Assembly: GCF_009834535.1 (NCBI RefSeq)
Contig: NC_045697.1
Coordinates: 84,570,001 to 84,634,000, forward strand
DNA from: Camelus ferus
Lineage: Eukaryota
DNA length: 64,000 bases
Direction: 5' to 3'
The notes under the pieces are model-generated. The model saw only the letters and a list, made by a program, of their open reading frames with translations. It was not told the origin of the DNA and searched no databases. Numbering within the stretch: position 1 is the first letter of the stretch; every line of letters begins with the position of its first letter. Position numbers and translations under genes: made by a program. This document shows positions 13,520 through 25,519 of this stretch, in pieces.

Positions 13520-13817
13520 ATGCAATTAGGTTTGCTCATCTTTGCCTTTCCTGTTGCCAGGAAAAGAACATGCTAGTCTGGCCTGCTGGAAAATGAGCAA
13601 CATTAGTGCAATCCAAGTTGCCCCAGCTGAGTCAGCCAAGGTCATTCTATATCAGCTGACAGGCAGCCTATCCCCAGATAACTTGTGAGCAAGTCTAGGC
13701 AAGACTGAGAGAACTGCCTGATCACCCTATTTGTGCAAGCAGTAAACACTCATTATATGTCACTAAGGTTTTGTGATTATTTGTTACACATTATTGTGGT
13801 TTTATTAGATAACTCAC
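13520..13817 (+). mobile_element. MaLR LTR 3' part, MLT1I/J-like
   Basis: 'gaaaagaacatgctagtctggcctgctgg', 'gagaactgcctga', end 'ttttgtgattatttgttacacattattgtgg'. Confidence 0.7.
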
Positions 13818-15381
13818 ATTGACCTGAAGGAAACTTTTCTTCCTTAATAGTACATCCTTTTTCACTCTTCTTTCCTTCTCATGCCTGAGCATCACCATTT
13901 CTAGCCTTATTTTAGTATGTTTTATCTCTTTGTTTTTCTAGCTTCCATTTATTTCTATTGATATTAACTTCTTAGTTTTAAAATAATAGTTTCTTTCAAT
14001 AGCCTGTTTATCAGTGCCAAATTCTTTGTATGGTAGTATTTTGAGGAGTCAGACAAGAGGACTCTTCCGTAAAGAGTGAATCATAGCAGGAGGTTAATTC
14101 TAAAGATGTCATGAATTATGTGCTTGGGAGTCTGGGTGACCAGAGAATTGTCAGGGTAACTGAATAGTCTCTAAAAGGGAGGAGTAATGTCTCTGGTCAT
14201 AGTATCTTAGATTAGAGAACACGATTCAATTTCAGGAATATTCAAGGGGCCCCACACCTATCCATCTGACATCTAGTTCCAAATTACCTTATATTGTTAT
14301 ATATATGTCACGTATCCTCAACAAAATTGTAAACCTTTTGAATGTAGGCTTTGTTTTCTGTATGTTTTTGAAATCATGATGTTGTCCACTATACTCTGCA
14401 TATAGTGGGCCATAAATTAGTGTTTATTAATAATGATGATAAAGAAAAATAAGAGGCTAAAGGAAGAAAAAAGATTATGTGAGGGATATCTCTAATTAGT
14501 TTCACCCTCTTGTAATTTTTTTTGCTTATCTTAATCTGGGAAGATGAACTTTAAATTTAAAAAGGAATAAATTCAAATAAAATTTCTTTAAAAAAATCAT
14601 TCTTAGAAGAGAGAAATAAGTGTGGAATGTACAACTCAAAACTAATAATAGATTGGAAACTGGAGGCTTTGAAACTTCCATAGTCAAGAAGTGCAGATCC
14701 AATAGCCATCTAGTGATTATTAAATTGGTAAAGATTATAACTCATTGAAATAAGCACTGGCTCCATATGCCTACGACAGAAAGCTTGCTAGAAGGCAGCT
14801 GGTGATGTGAACATCATTGCTTAATGTTAAATTTGCTTCTAATAACTCCTTGGCAGAATCCTACTAGCAATTATAACACAAAGTAAAATGTGTTGCAACA
14901 ACATGTGTGAAAATACCAAGTCTGAAATTTGTCTTATTTAGAAAACTCATCTTTTGCCTTATACTTGGAATTTCCACTGATTCCCATATTCATTTATTAG
15001 AATTTACGTCATTTCCCCAAACTGTTAATAAAGATTAGCGATAGATTCAGAGAATCTTATTTTTTAAATCACTTAAAGAAATACAGCAGTAATACATATT
15101 TACAGTAGTAGTCCACAGAACCTGTTTTAAATTTCTGACACCTACATACACAAGTTTGATGTTTGCCATTTTTAGATGATTAGCATAACACCCTGACCTT
15201 AATGTAATGGCCATTGAAACAAAAACAAACAAACAAAAAAACCATTTGATTCAAAGTCCAAATAGCTGTTGAGGAGTTTATCTCAACCTAAAGATAAAGA
15301 AGAGGGATGCACTTTTTCCTTTAAACTCTCAATCTTGTCATCTTAACTACTTGTGCTCTTGTATGGTTTTTATGATACCAA

Positions 15382-15925
15382 GTATAGAAGATTCAACATG
15401 GCTGCAAATTGGTTGCTACTCTTCCCTTTGAGGGGTAGATTCCATTTCCTCTCTCTAGGAATTTGGACTGGCTTTAGTGACTTGCTTAACTGTTAGAACA
15501 TGGTGGAGTACACTTTCCGGGACTTTTGAGGCTGGGTAGGTCCTAAGGAACCTTGCAACTTTCACACAGGCCTACCAGAACACTCTCTGGAAGCTCTGAG
15601 CAACCACTAATAAGTCTACCACCTGTAAGTTAAATCTGCCTAACCTGAGCCTGCCATGCTGGACAAGTGCTTCAACAGTCCCAGTAAGCCCCAGTTTCAA
15701 ATCATAGCTTCCAGGATGCCAAACATGTTGAGTGATGCTGTCTTGGACTTTCCAAAGCAACCTATTGGCCAGCTGGCTACCGCTGAGAAGCTATGAGAAA
15801 CAGAACCCTTACCCAGCCAAAGTGGACCTGAGGTCTTAGTGCATAAAATTGAGTTATATTAAAGTGTTTTTTTTTTTAAGTCACCAAGTTTGGGAAAGTT
15901 TGTCGTTTACCTATTTCTGAATAGC
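15382..15925 (+). mobile_element. MaLR LTR, MLT1G/H-like
   Basis: 'atggctgcaaatt...ggactggctttagtgacttgctt', 'ttttaagtcaccaagtttggg'. Confidence 0.75.
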
Positions 15926-16569
15926 AAATCATCCTCTACTTAGTGACTTAAAATAGTAACAGCCATTATCTTTTAGTGTCTGCATGCATCAGGAAGTTGG
16001 ACCCACAAGAGCACAGCAGGGCTGCCTTTTTTCTGCTCCATAATGTCTGAACTGGGAATACTTGAAAGCTGGGAGTGACTTGATGGCTGAGGTCTTGAGT
16101 TATGTGGAGACTTCCATGTCTGGTGGCTGTTAGCTAGGATCTCAGCTGTACTGTTGGCTGAAACACCGAGTAGCTTTGTGACCTTTCCATATGGTCTCTT
16201 CACATGGACTAGGTTGAGCTTCCTCAGAGCTTGATGCCAGGTTCCAGGTGAATTGGGTGAGTGCTCCCTAAAACTTAGTCTTGGAAATCACATACATTCT
16301 TTTTGATGTAGTCATAAGCCACCTAGATTAAGGCAAGGGAAGATAAATCTCAGGTGACCAAGTCCCAGGATGTTTTGCCTGGGATTAAGAGGTGTCCTGG
16401 GACACAGGACTTTCAGTGATAAAACCAGAAGAGTTCCAGGCAAATCAGTATGAGTTGGTCACCCTACTAAAGCCCCTGTTCTGGAGGAGTGTCAAAGTCA
16501 CATTCTATTAAGAACATGTTGGGTAGGAGATAGTGCTGGAGCCATCTTTGAAAAATAAATTCCCCCACA
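15926..16569 (-). mobile_element. MaLR LTR, MLT1G-like, tail-to-tail with the preceding LTR
   Basis: 'cttagtgacttaaaa', 'gttgagcttcctcagagc', end 'gccatctttgaaaaataaattcccccaca'. Confidence 0.75.
16351..16466 (-). mobile_element. MER81-like hAT MITE nested in the LTR
   Basis: Terminal inverted repeats 'ggtgaccaa' / 'ttggtcacc' and internal 'ggactttcagtgataaaacc'. Confidence 0.8.
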
Positions 16570-16644
16570 GGTGTTTTATTTATTATGGGATGTATAACTG
16601 GCACACCAACTGATGTTGCCAGGGCAATGAATAATTCATAGGAG

Positions 16645-16762
16645 TGTAAATTCTTAGAGGACAGAGATTTTTATTTTTTGTTTATCACTGAGTCTCAGGG
16701 TCTAGGGCAGTGACTGGCACATAGTTAATATTAATATTTATAGAATGAGTGAGTGAATAAAT
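16645..16762 (+). mobile_element. L2 3' end
   Basis: 'ttcttagaggacagagat...cagtgactggcacatag...gaatgagtgagtgaat'. Confidence 0.75.
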
Positions 16763-18778
16763 GGTAAGTCCTATAACATTCCATTATGTAAAATCCAGCT
16801 AATGCCACATACCACATTTAATAATCACATACCACATTTTTCTTGCTTGCTAGCAACCAGAGGAGAAATTGTTTATAATGAAATGGGCCTTCCAGGGCAG
16901 AAGAAAGTAGAAAACTAATCAAAACCAATAAACTTCAGAGACTATCACTTTACCCTATGAGACCAGCCTCTGAATTCTCTCCCTTAGGTGCACTTCACAG
17001 GCAGGGCCTTAGATGACTGCAGCAGGGACAAGAAGAAGGTGCTCAGAGGTCCTTATATTTACGTGACATCTAGGGTGTTCCCGTTGTGACAGGGTTCTTT
17101 TGGTAATAAGTCATAACCCTCCTCTCATTTGCTTAAATTTGTGGTGGTTAAGAATACTGCTTCTGCTTCAAAATACATGTCTTTTTTCCCTTCTACATGT
17201 GGTAGCTATTATTTTTGTCTGCTCAGCAAAAAACATGCCCTACCCTCACATGATAGAAGTGGAAAAATTATCTCAGCAATGCCAAAATGATTCTTTATTT
17301 TATAAATATGAATATCTAGTAAATATACACAAGAGCAAAAAGCAGTTAAAACAGAGTAACTTGTGACAACGTGACTCTTATAAAGAGTTCATGATCATCT
17401 TCTACTAAGGTCCCCTCTTCTTCTTGAAGTTTGATTGTTGAGCTCTATGTGAGGCGCAGTGAGATACTAAGGTTCTCTCTCTCTTTCTTTCTCTCTCTCT
17501 CTTTTTTTTTTTTTTTGGTAGCACAATTTTTTTGTTTGTTTGTTGTTAACAACAACAACAAAAGATATAGAAAATCTTTTTTGGGATTGCTATAAATATT
17601 AGGCTCTTGAATACAAGAAAATATCATAATTGGAATAATTCTTGATTCTGCACTTGAAGAAACTTCCTGTTCTTCTTTACCTCTGTTCCATTTCTTGTTC
17701 CTGACAGTGAACTTAAGCCAGTTGCTCAAAGACCATCATAGAAAAGGCTTTTTACTATCACTGTTCTAGAACAGAGAAAACCAAAAGAGGATGAGGACCG
17801 GAGAGAAATCAGTCTGGATATCAGGTGAAACTGGGAGCTTGGAAGAAAATATTTAGGCACTTTGTCAGGAAGCCAAATGCTCATTGTAGGCCTTCTGTGA
17901 ATAAATGCTCTGAAAACAGATGTGACTAAGCACATAATGTGTATTTCTGAAAGCGAAATGATTTGAGGAAAGATCTGGTTGCTTCTGAAGAAATCAACGT
18001 GTGATTTCTTTTAATGACTTATCAAGCTATTTATAAGGTATTAATTATCCATTGTGTGAGGAAGAGTGTTTCTATATAGATATTCTGCCCTTAACTTACA
18101 ACATTCGTAGATCCCAAACAGCTTGTAATGCAAAGATCTGCTTCTCTCTTTTTCTGTCTTCACTATCCCCTCCTACATTATCTGTGATATCTTCATTCAT
18201 AGTTTATGTGCAAAATTAAGGCTATGGAGTCCCCTGAACTCGTCTTTAATATATTGTCTTTACTGTTGAAAGTTTTTACACCTTCATAAGAGATGCTTAG
18301 TTGCTGGAGCCTCTCTGTATGCTAATTGTTAGCTTCTCATAGAAGCTTAAGTAATGAGTCTTAGAAAAGCTTCCACTGCCAAAACCCTGGATGGGACTCT
18401 GAGCTTACAGACTGACATTGATGCAAACACTATTGAGACAGTTCAACTGTTAGGATCCTTTTGGAACATTGGTAGCTGTGAAAAAGTTTTCAGTGAGGTG
18501 CAGTTCAGCTATTTCCTCACAACCTTATAACTAAATTATTAAACAAACAGATTACCAGGTATGAACTTAACTATTTGTATAGCTTCTTGTGAAAGTCTGA
18601 TTATGTTCCAGCTCTCTTTTTTAGGTGCCCTTAAGACATCTTACATAAAACATTTTCTTGAAACAATTGCAACAATGTTCTGAAGGCAGGATTTGGTTGA
18701 TTTTATTATATCTGGCTTCAGGAAAACAGAATTATTCACTCCAGTGTCTGGATCCCAGAGCAATTAAGACCCAAGCCT

Positions 18779-19920
18779 AAAAACATTCTCTGACATAAAT
18801 CGTAGCAATGATATCCTAGATCAGTTTCCCAGGGCAATAGAAATAAAAGCAAAAATAAACTAATGGGACCTAACCAAACAATCAAGTTTTTGTACAACAA
18901 AGGAAATCATAAACATAATGAAAAGACAACCTATGGAGAAAATATTTGCAAACAAAGCAACTGACAAGGGTTTAACTTCCAGAATATACAAACAGCTCAT
19001 ACAACTCAATAACAAAAAAACCCTGAACAAGTCAATCAAAAATGGGAAGAAGATCTAACAGATATTTCTCCAGTGAATACATACAGATATCCAATACACA
19101 TGAAAAAAAGCTCAATATCGCTTATTATTAGAGAAATACAAATCAAAACTGCAATGGGGTATTACCTTACATCAGTGAGTATGGCCATCATTAAAAAGTC
19201 CACAAACGATAAATGCTGGGGAGGGTGTGAAGAAAAAGGAACCCTCTTACACTGCTGGCAGGAATGTAAATTGGTGCAACCACTATGGAGAATGTATGAA
19301 GATTCCTTAAAAACCTAAAAATAGATTTACAATATGACCCAGCAATCCTACTCCTGGGTGTATATCTGGAAAAAACTCTAATTCAAATAAATAATACACC
19401 CCAATATTTATAGCAGCACTATTTACAATAGCCAAGACATGCAAGCAACCTAAATATCCATCAATAGATGACTAGATAAAGAAGTTATGGTGTATATATA
19501 TATATATATGTGTATACACACACACACGATGGAATATATACTTCAGACATAAAAAATAATGAAATAATGCCCTTTATAGCAACATGGATGGACTTAGAAA
19601 TGATCATACTAAGTGAAGTAAGTCAGACAGAGAAAGACAAATATCATATGGTATCACTTATATGTGGAATCTTAAAAAAATGATACACATGAACTTACTT
19701 GCAAAATAGAGAGAAACTCACAGACAGAAAATAAACTTACGATTACCCAAGAGGAAAGAGGGGGTGGGATAAATGAGGAGTTCGGGATTAGCAGATACAA
19801 ACTATTATATATAAAATAAATAAACAAGGTCCTACTGTATAGTATAGGGAACTACATTCAATATTTTATACTAACCTATGAGGAAATAGAATATGAAAAA
19901 TAATATATATTTTATATATA

Positions 19921-19967
<47 letters not shown>

Positions 19968-20070
19968 CTGAATATATATATAAAAGCTGAATTACGGTGC
20001 TGTTCACCAGAAACTAACACAGCATTGTAAATCAACTAAACTTCAATTTAAAAACAAATAAACAAAACAA
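18779..20070 (+). mobile_element. Cetartiodactyl L1, 5'-truncated (ORF2 3' end plus 3'UTR)
   Basis: ORF 19073..19318 carries the ORF2 C-terminal Cys-rich motif ([26 protein letters not shown]); A-rich tail; degenerate TSD aagacccaagcct (18766-18778) / aaaacccaaccct (20071-20083). Confidence 0.92.
19926..19963. repeat. (TA)19 microsatellite in L1 3'UTR
   Basis: Perfect run read directly. Confidence 0.95.
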
Positions 20071-21924
20071 AAAACCCAACCCTCAAGCTCTGTGCCCAAA
20101 GATTCAGGTAACAGGCCTTCCTAGATTGCTATATATTTCATGCAAGGACAAGAGTGTCTCTAACATTTTAGGCAATCCACATATCTGGAATACTACTAAT
20201 GTGGCCATTGAGAGACCATTTTTAATATTTATCATGCTGACAAACAAGCATTAATTTTACAATTGAAACCTCATTTTATTACTCATTATTTTAATTATTA
20301 AAAATCTAATATTGATCAGAAATAAAACTGAAGCATTTGGAGTAGCTGTCTCTGGAGTGTGGCCTTTCTGATATAATGCTAGGCGACCATCCCTGGAATG
20401 TGAATTTTCCATTAAGATAATTGATCAAATCTAGGGTATAACTTAAGCTAAATAACACATGTGTAATATACTATTTATGTTGAGGTATTTTAATGCAAAT
20501 TTAAGATGTGTGTTTATTATTTTGAAAATTTCAGAGATTATATAAATATTCATGGTTTTAAAAGTTTGGGTTCAGGGATTCTGATTCAAGACTAGTATTA
20601 GTTAAATTTTAGCCATATCAATATTTAAGTTTAATTTCATATCATAGTTGGAAAGCAAAATTATTATAAAGTAGTAGCTCCAGAATTTCTGAATCTATTT
20701 GGAAGTAGAATCTAGTATCAAAGCTGTGTTTGCATATCAAGGTCACTCGCTGTTTTTACTTGGATTTTATGTTTATTTGGATGGCTTTGAATGAAAGATT
20801 ATTGAGGACCTTACCTTAATATTTTCACTGGGCAGATTTATGAAATATAACTCTTTAAAAACTTGAGAGGGCATGTATTTTGTTTTTAATAATTCATCTG
20901 TAATGCATATTAAACATTTGTGCTCAAATTTTAAAATTTTGAATGTATGATTATTCTGATCTGTGAGACAGAATCATCTGGTGGATGGGAAGCCTTATTG
21001 TAGAGTTTGATTTGAGCTCCAAAAGAGACAGTAAGATAGTGAAAGTTCCTTTTTCATAACTTTAAGCATCAGTGTATACTTCTAGGGTCAAAACATAATG
21101 ACAGGTCTAATAAGAAATAGGTTTAGAGTCTAATAAAAAACGTAGCATTTTATATTCATAGTATGTGTTTTTTCCTAAGAAATTGGTAGGGTAAAACACA
21201 ATAATGAAACTGTGTTGCCATCATGTATATAGTTTCATGGACCAATTACAGTTCTTTAATGTGATTTTTGAAAGTTATTCACAAGGCTGCCTTAACCATG
21301 ATAAGACTTCAGTTTTTCATTTATAAAACTGTGATTCTCTCTTTGTAATCACATTATATTTGTAAATCATCTGATGATGAAAGAATCTGTATAAAATTCA
21401 TAAGTTTTTCCTTACACTTTAAATTATAGTGAAATTTTTAAACACACAGTTTTCAATTAGTATGAGCTTTTTACTTCTGCCCTAAAATCTTACTTTTTTC
21501 AGTTTTTTAGAAATTAGTCATTGTTCTGTGTTCTTTAAAGTCTCTAATCTCAAAAGCTATCCTATGTTTCAAAAAGACTGAAAGCTATTATGTAGTCTCT
21601 CAGCTTAGGCAAAAAATGGATTTTGGGATCACTAACATATGGAAGAGAGTAAATAAGATCATGCTGAGGGAGAGAACATAGTGAGAAAAGAATAAGGTAA
21701 AGGAAAGAGCCCTGAGGAGTACCTACATTTAGAAAAGTGAGGAAATAAGGGAAGGGAAATTTGAATATTTTGACATCCTAGATGCTAAGAAAACAGATGA
21801 GGGAGTAGCTAAGTGTATCAAACACTGGTATTTTTACACTTTTGGTGAAGTTGTAGAAGGTTGAAAAGACCATTGATTCCACTGTAACTGTGAGAAGCCA
21901 ATGGATAAACTAAAAAATAGTGTT

Positions 21925-22190
21925 TGTTGACTTCCTTTGAGCATTTAAAAGATGTTATTCCATTGTCTCTGGCTTCCAAATATTTAGCCAGCCAACCATC
22001 TTTCTTATCTAAGGCTATTTTTAAGGTTTTTCTCTTTGTCTCTGGTTTTGAATAGCTTTGACTATGATATAACTAGGCAAGATTTTCTTTGTATTTATCC
22101 TGCCTGGTGTTCAGTAGGCTTCTTAATGTGGTTTGAGACTTTAATCAACTTTGAAAACTTCTTAGATATTCTCTCTTTAAAGTACTCAGA
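21925..22190 (-). mobile_element. Old L1ME/HAL1 ORF1 fragment
   Basis: 'gatgttattccattgtctctggcttcc', 'ttttctttgtatttatcctgcctgg'. Confidence 0.65.
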
Positions 22191-22284
22191 TATGGGGTAA
22201 CTAAATAACTCACCTGTAATGAATAATAATTCATTTTTAAGTGGTAATAAAAAAGATAAATAGCGCAATTAAATACATAATGTA

Positions 22285-23020
22285 GGTGAACCTGCATTTC
22301 ACAACAGAAAATAATTGAATGATCAAGTCAATAAAAGTACAAATGGTGCTTAGATCATTCAACATCAGGGAAATAAAAATTAAAACCATAATGAGATATC
22401 TCTACATATTTAAAAGATAAAACATTTTATTAAAAATAAAAATATGTTGCTGGGGCTGTGTAAAATAGTACAACCATATTGGATAATTTTTTGCAGTTTC
22501 TTGTCAAGTTAAACATACACAGACCTTTGACTCTGCAAGTCTACTTCTAGATATATACCCCCCGAAGTGAGTGCATATGTCACAAAAAGGTTTGTACAAG
22601 AATGTCTATAGCAGTTTTGTTCATGAGTAAGACTGGAAACAACCCAAATATTCATCAATAGGAAAAATATGTAAATAAATTGTAGCAATGGAAAACTACT
22701 AAGTAGTTAAAAGGAATTTACTACAAATAGTCTCAAACGCATTAGTGAATCTTTAAAAGTATTAGTTGTATGAAAGAAGCTAGACATGAAAGAATACATA
22801 CTGTATGACTCCATTTATATAAAATTCTAGAACAGACAAAACTAATTGAGGGGGAGAAATCAGACTTCTGGGAAAAGGGGTTATTTAGAAAAGAACGAGA
22901 GGAAGCATTCAGGTGTGGCAGAAAGATTCTAAATTTTGACTGGGATGATTGTGATTAAGTGAATACAATAAAAAATGCCATTGGTAGGGACTTGCATTTT
23001 ATACATTTTATTCTCTTTTA
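22285..23020 (+). mobile_element. L1ME-type 3' end
   Basis: 'ctggaaacaacccaaatattcatcaatagg', 'agaatacatactgtatgactccatttatataaaattctagaacagacaaaactaat'. Confidence 0.8.
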
Positions 23021-23349
23021 GTTCTCCCTCAAAGGACTGGGAAGAACTCAAAATTCTGCGTAAGTTAAAATGAGATTATCATTGAAAAATATACATTGGA
23101 GAGAGGCTGTTGCCTTTTTTAAGAATAATAAATGTAGAATCAGAGTGCATAGAGAAGAGGAAATGGAAACACTAAATATAGTCAATTATTTTAAGAATAC
23201 TGGCTATGAAGAAAAGGAAGACAGATTTGGTGTAGTAGAAAGGAAATATGTATATTATTTGGACGTGGGAAAATAAAGATGCTTCATGTATCTGAAATTC
23301 TTTTATTTTATAGTTGTTACTAGAAAACTAAAAATGTGAGAAAATTTAA

Positions 23350-25510
23350 ATCATTTATTTTTTTAGTACAGTTTCAGATTTGCAGAAAAATTGAGCAGAT
23401 AGTACAGAGTTCCATATACCCTACGCTGCACTCAATTTCCCTTACTGTTACATCTTGCATTAGTGTGGTACATTTTTTACATATCTTTGCCTTTTCCAAA
23501 ATGTCATGTAGTTGGAATCATATAGTATGTCACCTTTTTAGACTATCCTTTTTCACCCTAAAAGTTCCCCTCTGTAATTTGCAGCCAATCCTTTCTTCTG
23601 TGCCTAGCCTCAGGCAACCGCTGATCTGTTTTCTTACTCCATAGTGTTGTCTCTTCTAAAAATTTTATATACATGTAATCATACAACATACAGACTTTGG
23701 TAAATGGCTTTGTTTAGCAGCATAATATTTTTCAACTTTATCTCTTTATTGCATGTATCAGTAATTTGTTCCATTTTTTACTGTTGAATAGTGTTCTGTT
23801 GTAGGAATATATCGCATTTCTTTTGTCCTTTTACCTGTTAATGGACATTTGAATTGTATCTATTTTAAGCTATTATGAATAACAGTGATATGAACATCTA
23901 CATAAAAGGCTTTATGTGAACGTAAAGCATTGTTACGTGAACAATTTTAAATTGTTTCTGGACTTCAAAAGAATATGTATTCTCCAATTATTCTATGCAG
24001 TATTTTATATATAAATCAAACTTGTTAACTGTGATTAGAATTTGTATGCTTGCTTCTTAAAAATCTTGTTGACATAGTAATTGCTAAAAAAGGTGTGTTA
24101 AAATCTCCACTATGATTATTCCTTTTAGTCCTATCAGTTTTTGTTGGTGTATTTTTGTGCTGTGTTATTACTTGCATGTATGTTTTGTATTTTATGGTGA
24201 TCTAGTAGTAAGACTTTTTAGTATTAAGGTCTAATTTGTTGACATTGATACAGCTAAAACAGATTTATTTGACTATTATTTGTTTGACATATCTTTTCTG
24301 ATTTACTTTCAAACTTTCTGTATAGTCATGTTTTCAATATGTTTCTTTTAAATAACATACAGCTGATTTTTTTTTCAAGTCTGAAAATCTTTGTCTTTTA
24401 ACTGAATCATTTAGGCCATTTAGATTTGTTGTAATTACTACCATATTAGAATTTATTAATATTATTTTGTGTTTTACATGTGTGCTGCCTTTCCCTTATA
24501 TTCATTTTTTCCCTTATATTCATTTGGATTGATTTAATATTTTCCTTTATCAATATGTTTCTCTACTTACTAGTCTGGAAATGATACATAGTTTCTATTT
24601 TTCTGGTAATTGTCCTGCAGATTTTATCATTCATGCATTATCAAAATCTGAAGTTAATTAATGTCTATGCCCTCCTTCTACACAATATACAATGAAAGGC
24701 TTTAACTTTTTCAACAACAAACTTTACAATTTAAAAAATATTTTTTCACTAACAATTTTATTATGTCATATTGTCATATACTTCTGGTCTTTCTTTTATA
24801 CACCAAAATGTATTGTAATGTTTTTCTAAACACACAAAATATTTAGATTTACTCTTATATTTATCATATTTTTTAAAAATTAGCATTTCTTTTTGTTTCT
24901 CAGAATTTCCATTTGGAATCAGTTTCCTTCTTTATGAAATATATTCTGTATAATTTTTCTGTATTTCTTAATGATCAACTTTCTCATTTTTGGTAGCTGA
25001 AAATACATTCACCCTAATTTGGAATTTTATTTCTAGAAATATAATTAATTAATTAATTTCTTGAAATTAAATTTCAAGTTTACAGTTATTTCCAAACTCT
25101 TTTGACTTCTATAGTTGTTACTAAGTAGTCAGATATCAGTATTTTTTTTCCTTTGATGATAATTTGTCATTTTCATTAGGGTCTTCTTAACATAATTTGT
25201 GTATTTTTTTAATGTCTATATTTTAATTTATTTATAATTAAATTATCCCACTTAGATAAATTGTGCTTCCTGAATCTGACCTGCTATACTTCTCTAAAAA
25301 TGCTATATCCTGAGATATTATCTATTTATATATTACTTCAGTCTAATTAGTCTTCTGCTTTTCTTCTGGGATGCCAATCAGGTATTTTTTAAAACTACAC
25401 ATTCTATCCTATTTGTCTCAAATGCTCTTTCATTTTTTTTCACTTGTCTCTTTGCTGGGCTAATCATAATTTCTTCTAATCTTTCAGTTAGATAACTCTA
25501 GTCAGCTATG
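23350..25510 (-). mobile_element. Patchwork of old L1 (L1MC/MD tail, L1MB/ME tail, L1ME ORF2/ORF1 pieces)
   Basis: 'gaaaaattgagcagatagtacagagttccatataccc', 'ggcaaccgctgatctg', 'gtgttaaaatctccactatgatt'; T-rich plus strand. Confidence 0.7.
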
Positions 25511-25519
25511 TCTAACAAA

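Noticed and set aside
17540..17555. 16-bp palindrome TTGTTGTTAACAACAA
   Set aside because: By-product of abutting (TTG)n and (CAA)n simple repeats.
17771..17830. Exon-like stretch encoding EQRKPKEDEDRREISLDI
   Set aside because: Weak donor (GTGAAA), no partner exons and no recognisable protein.
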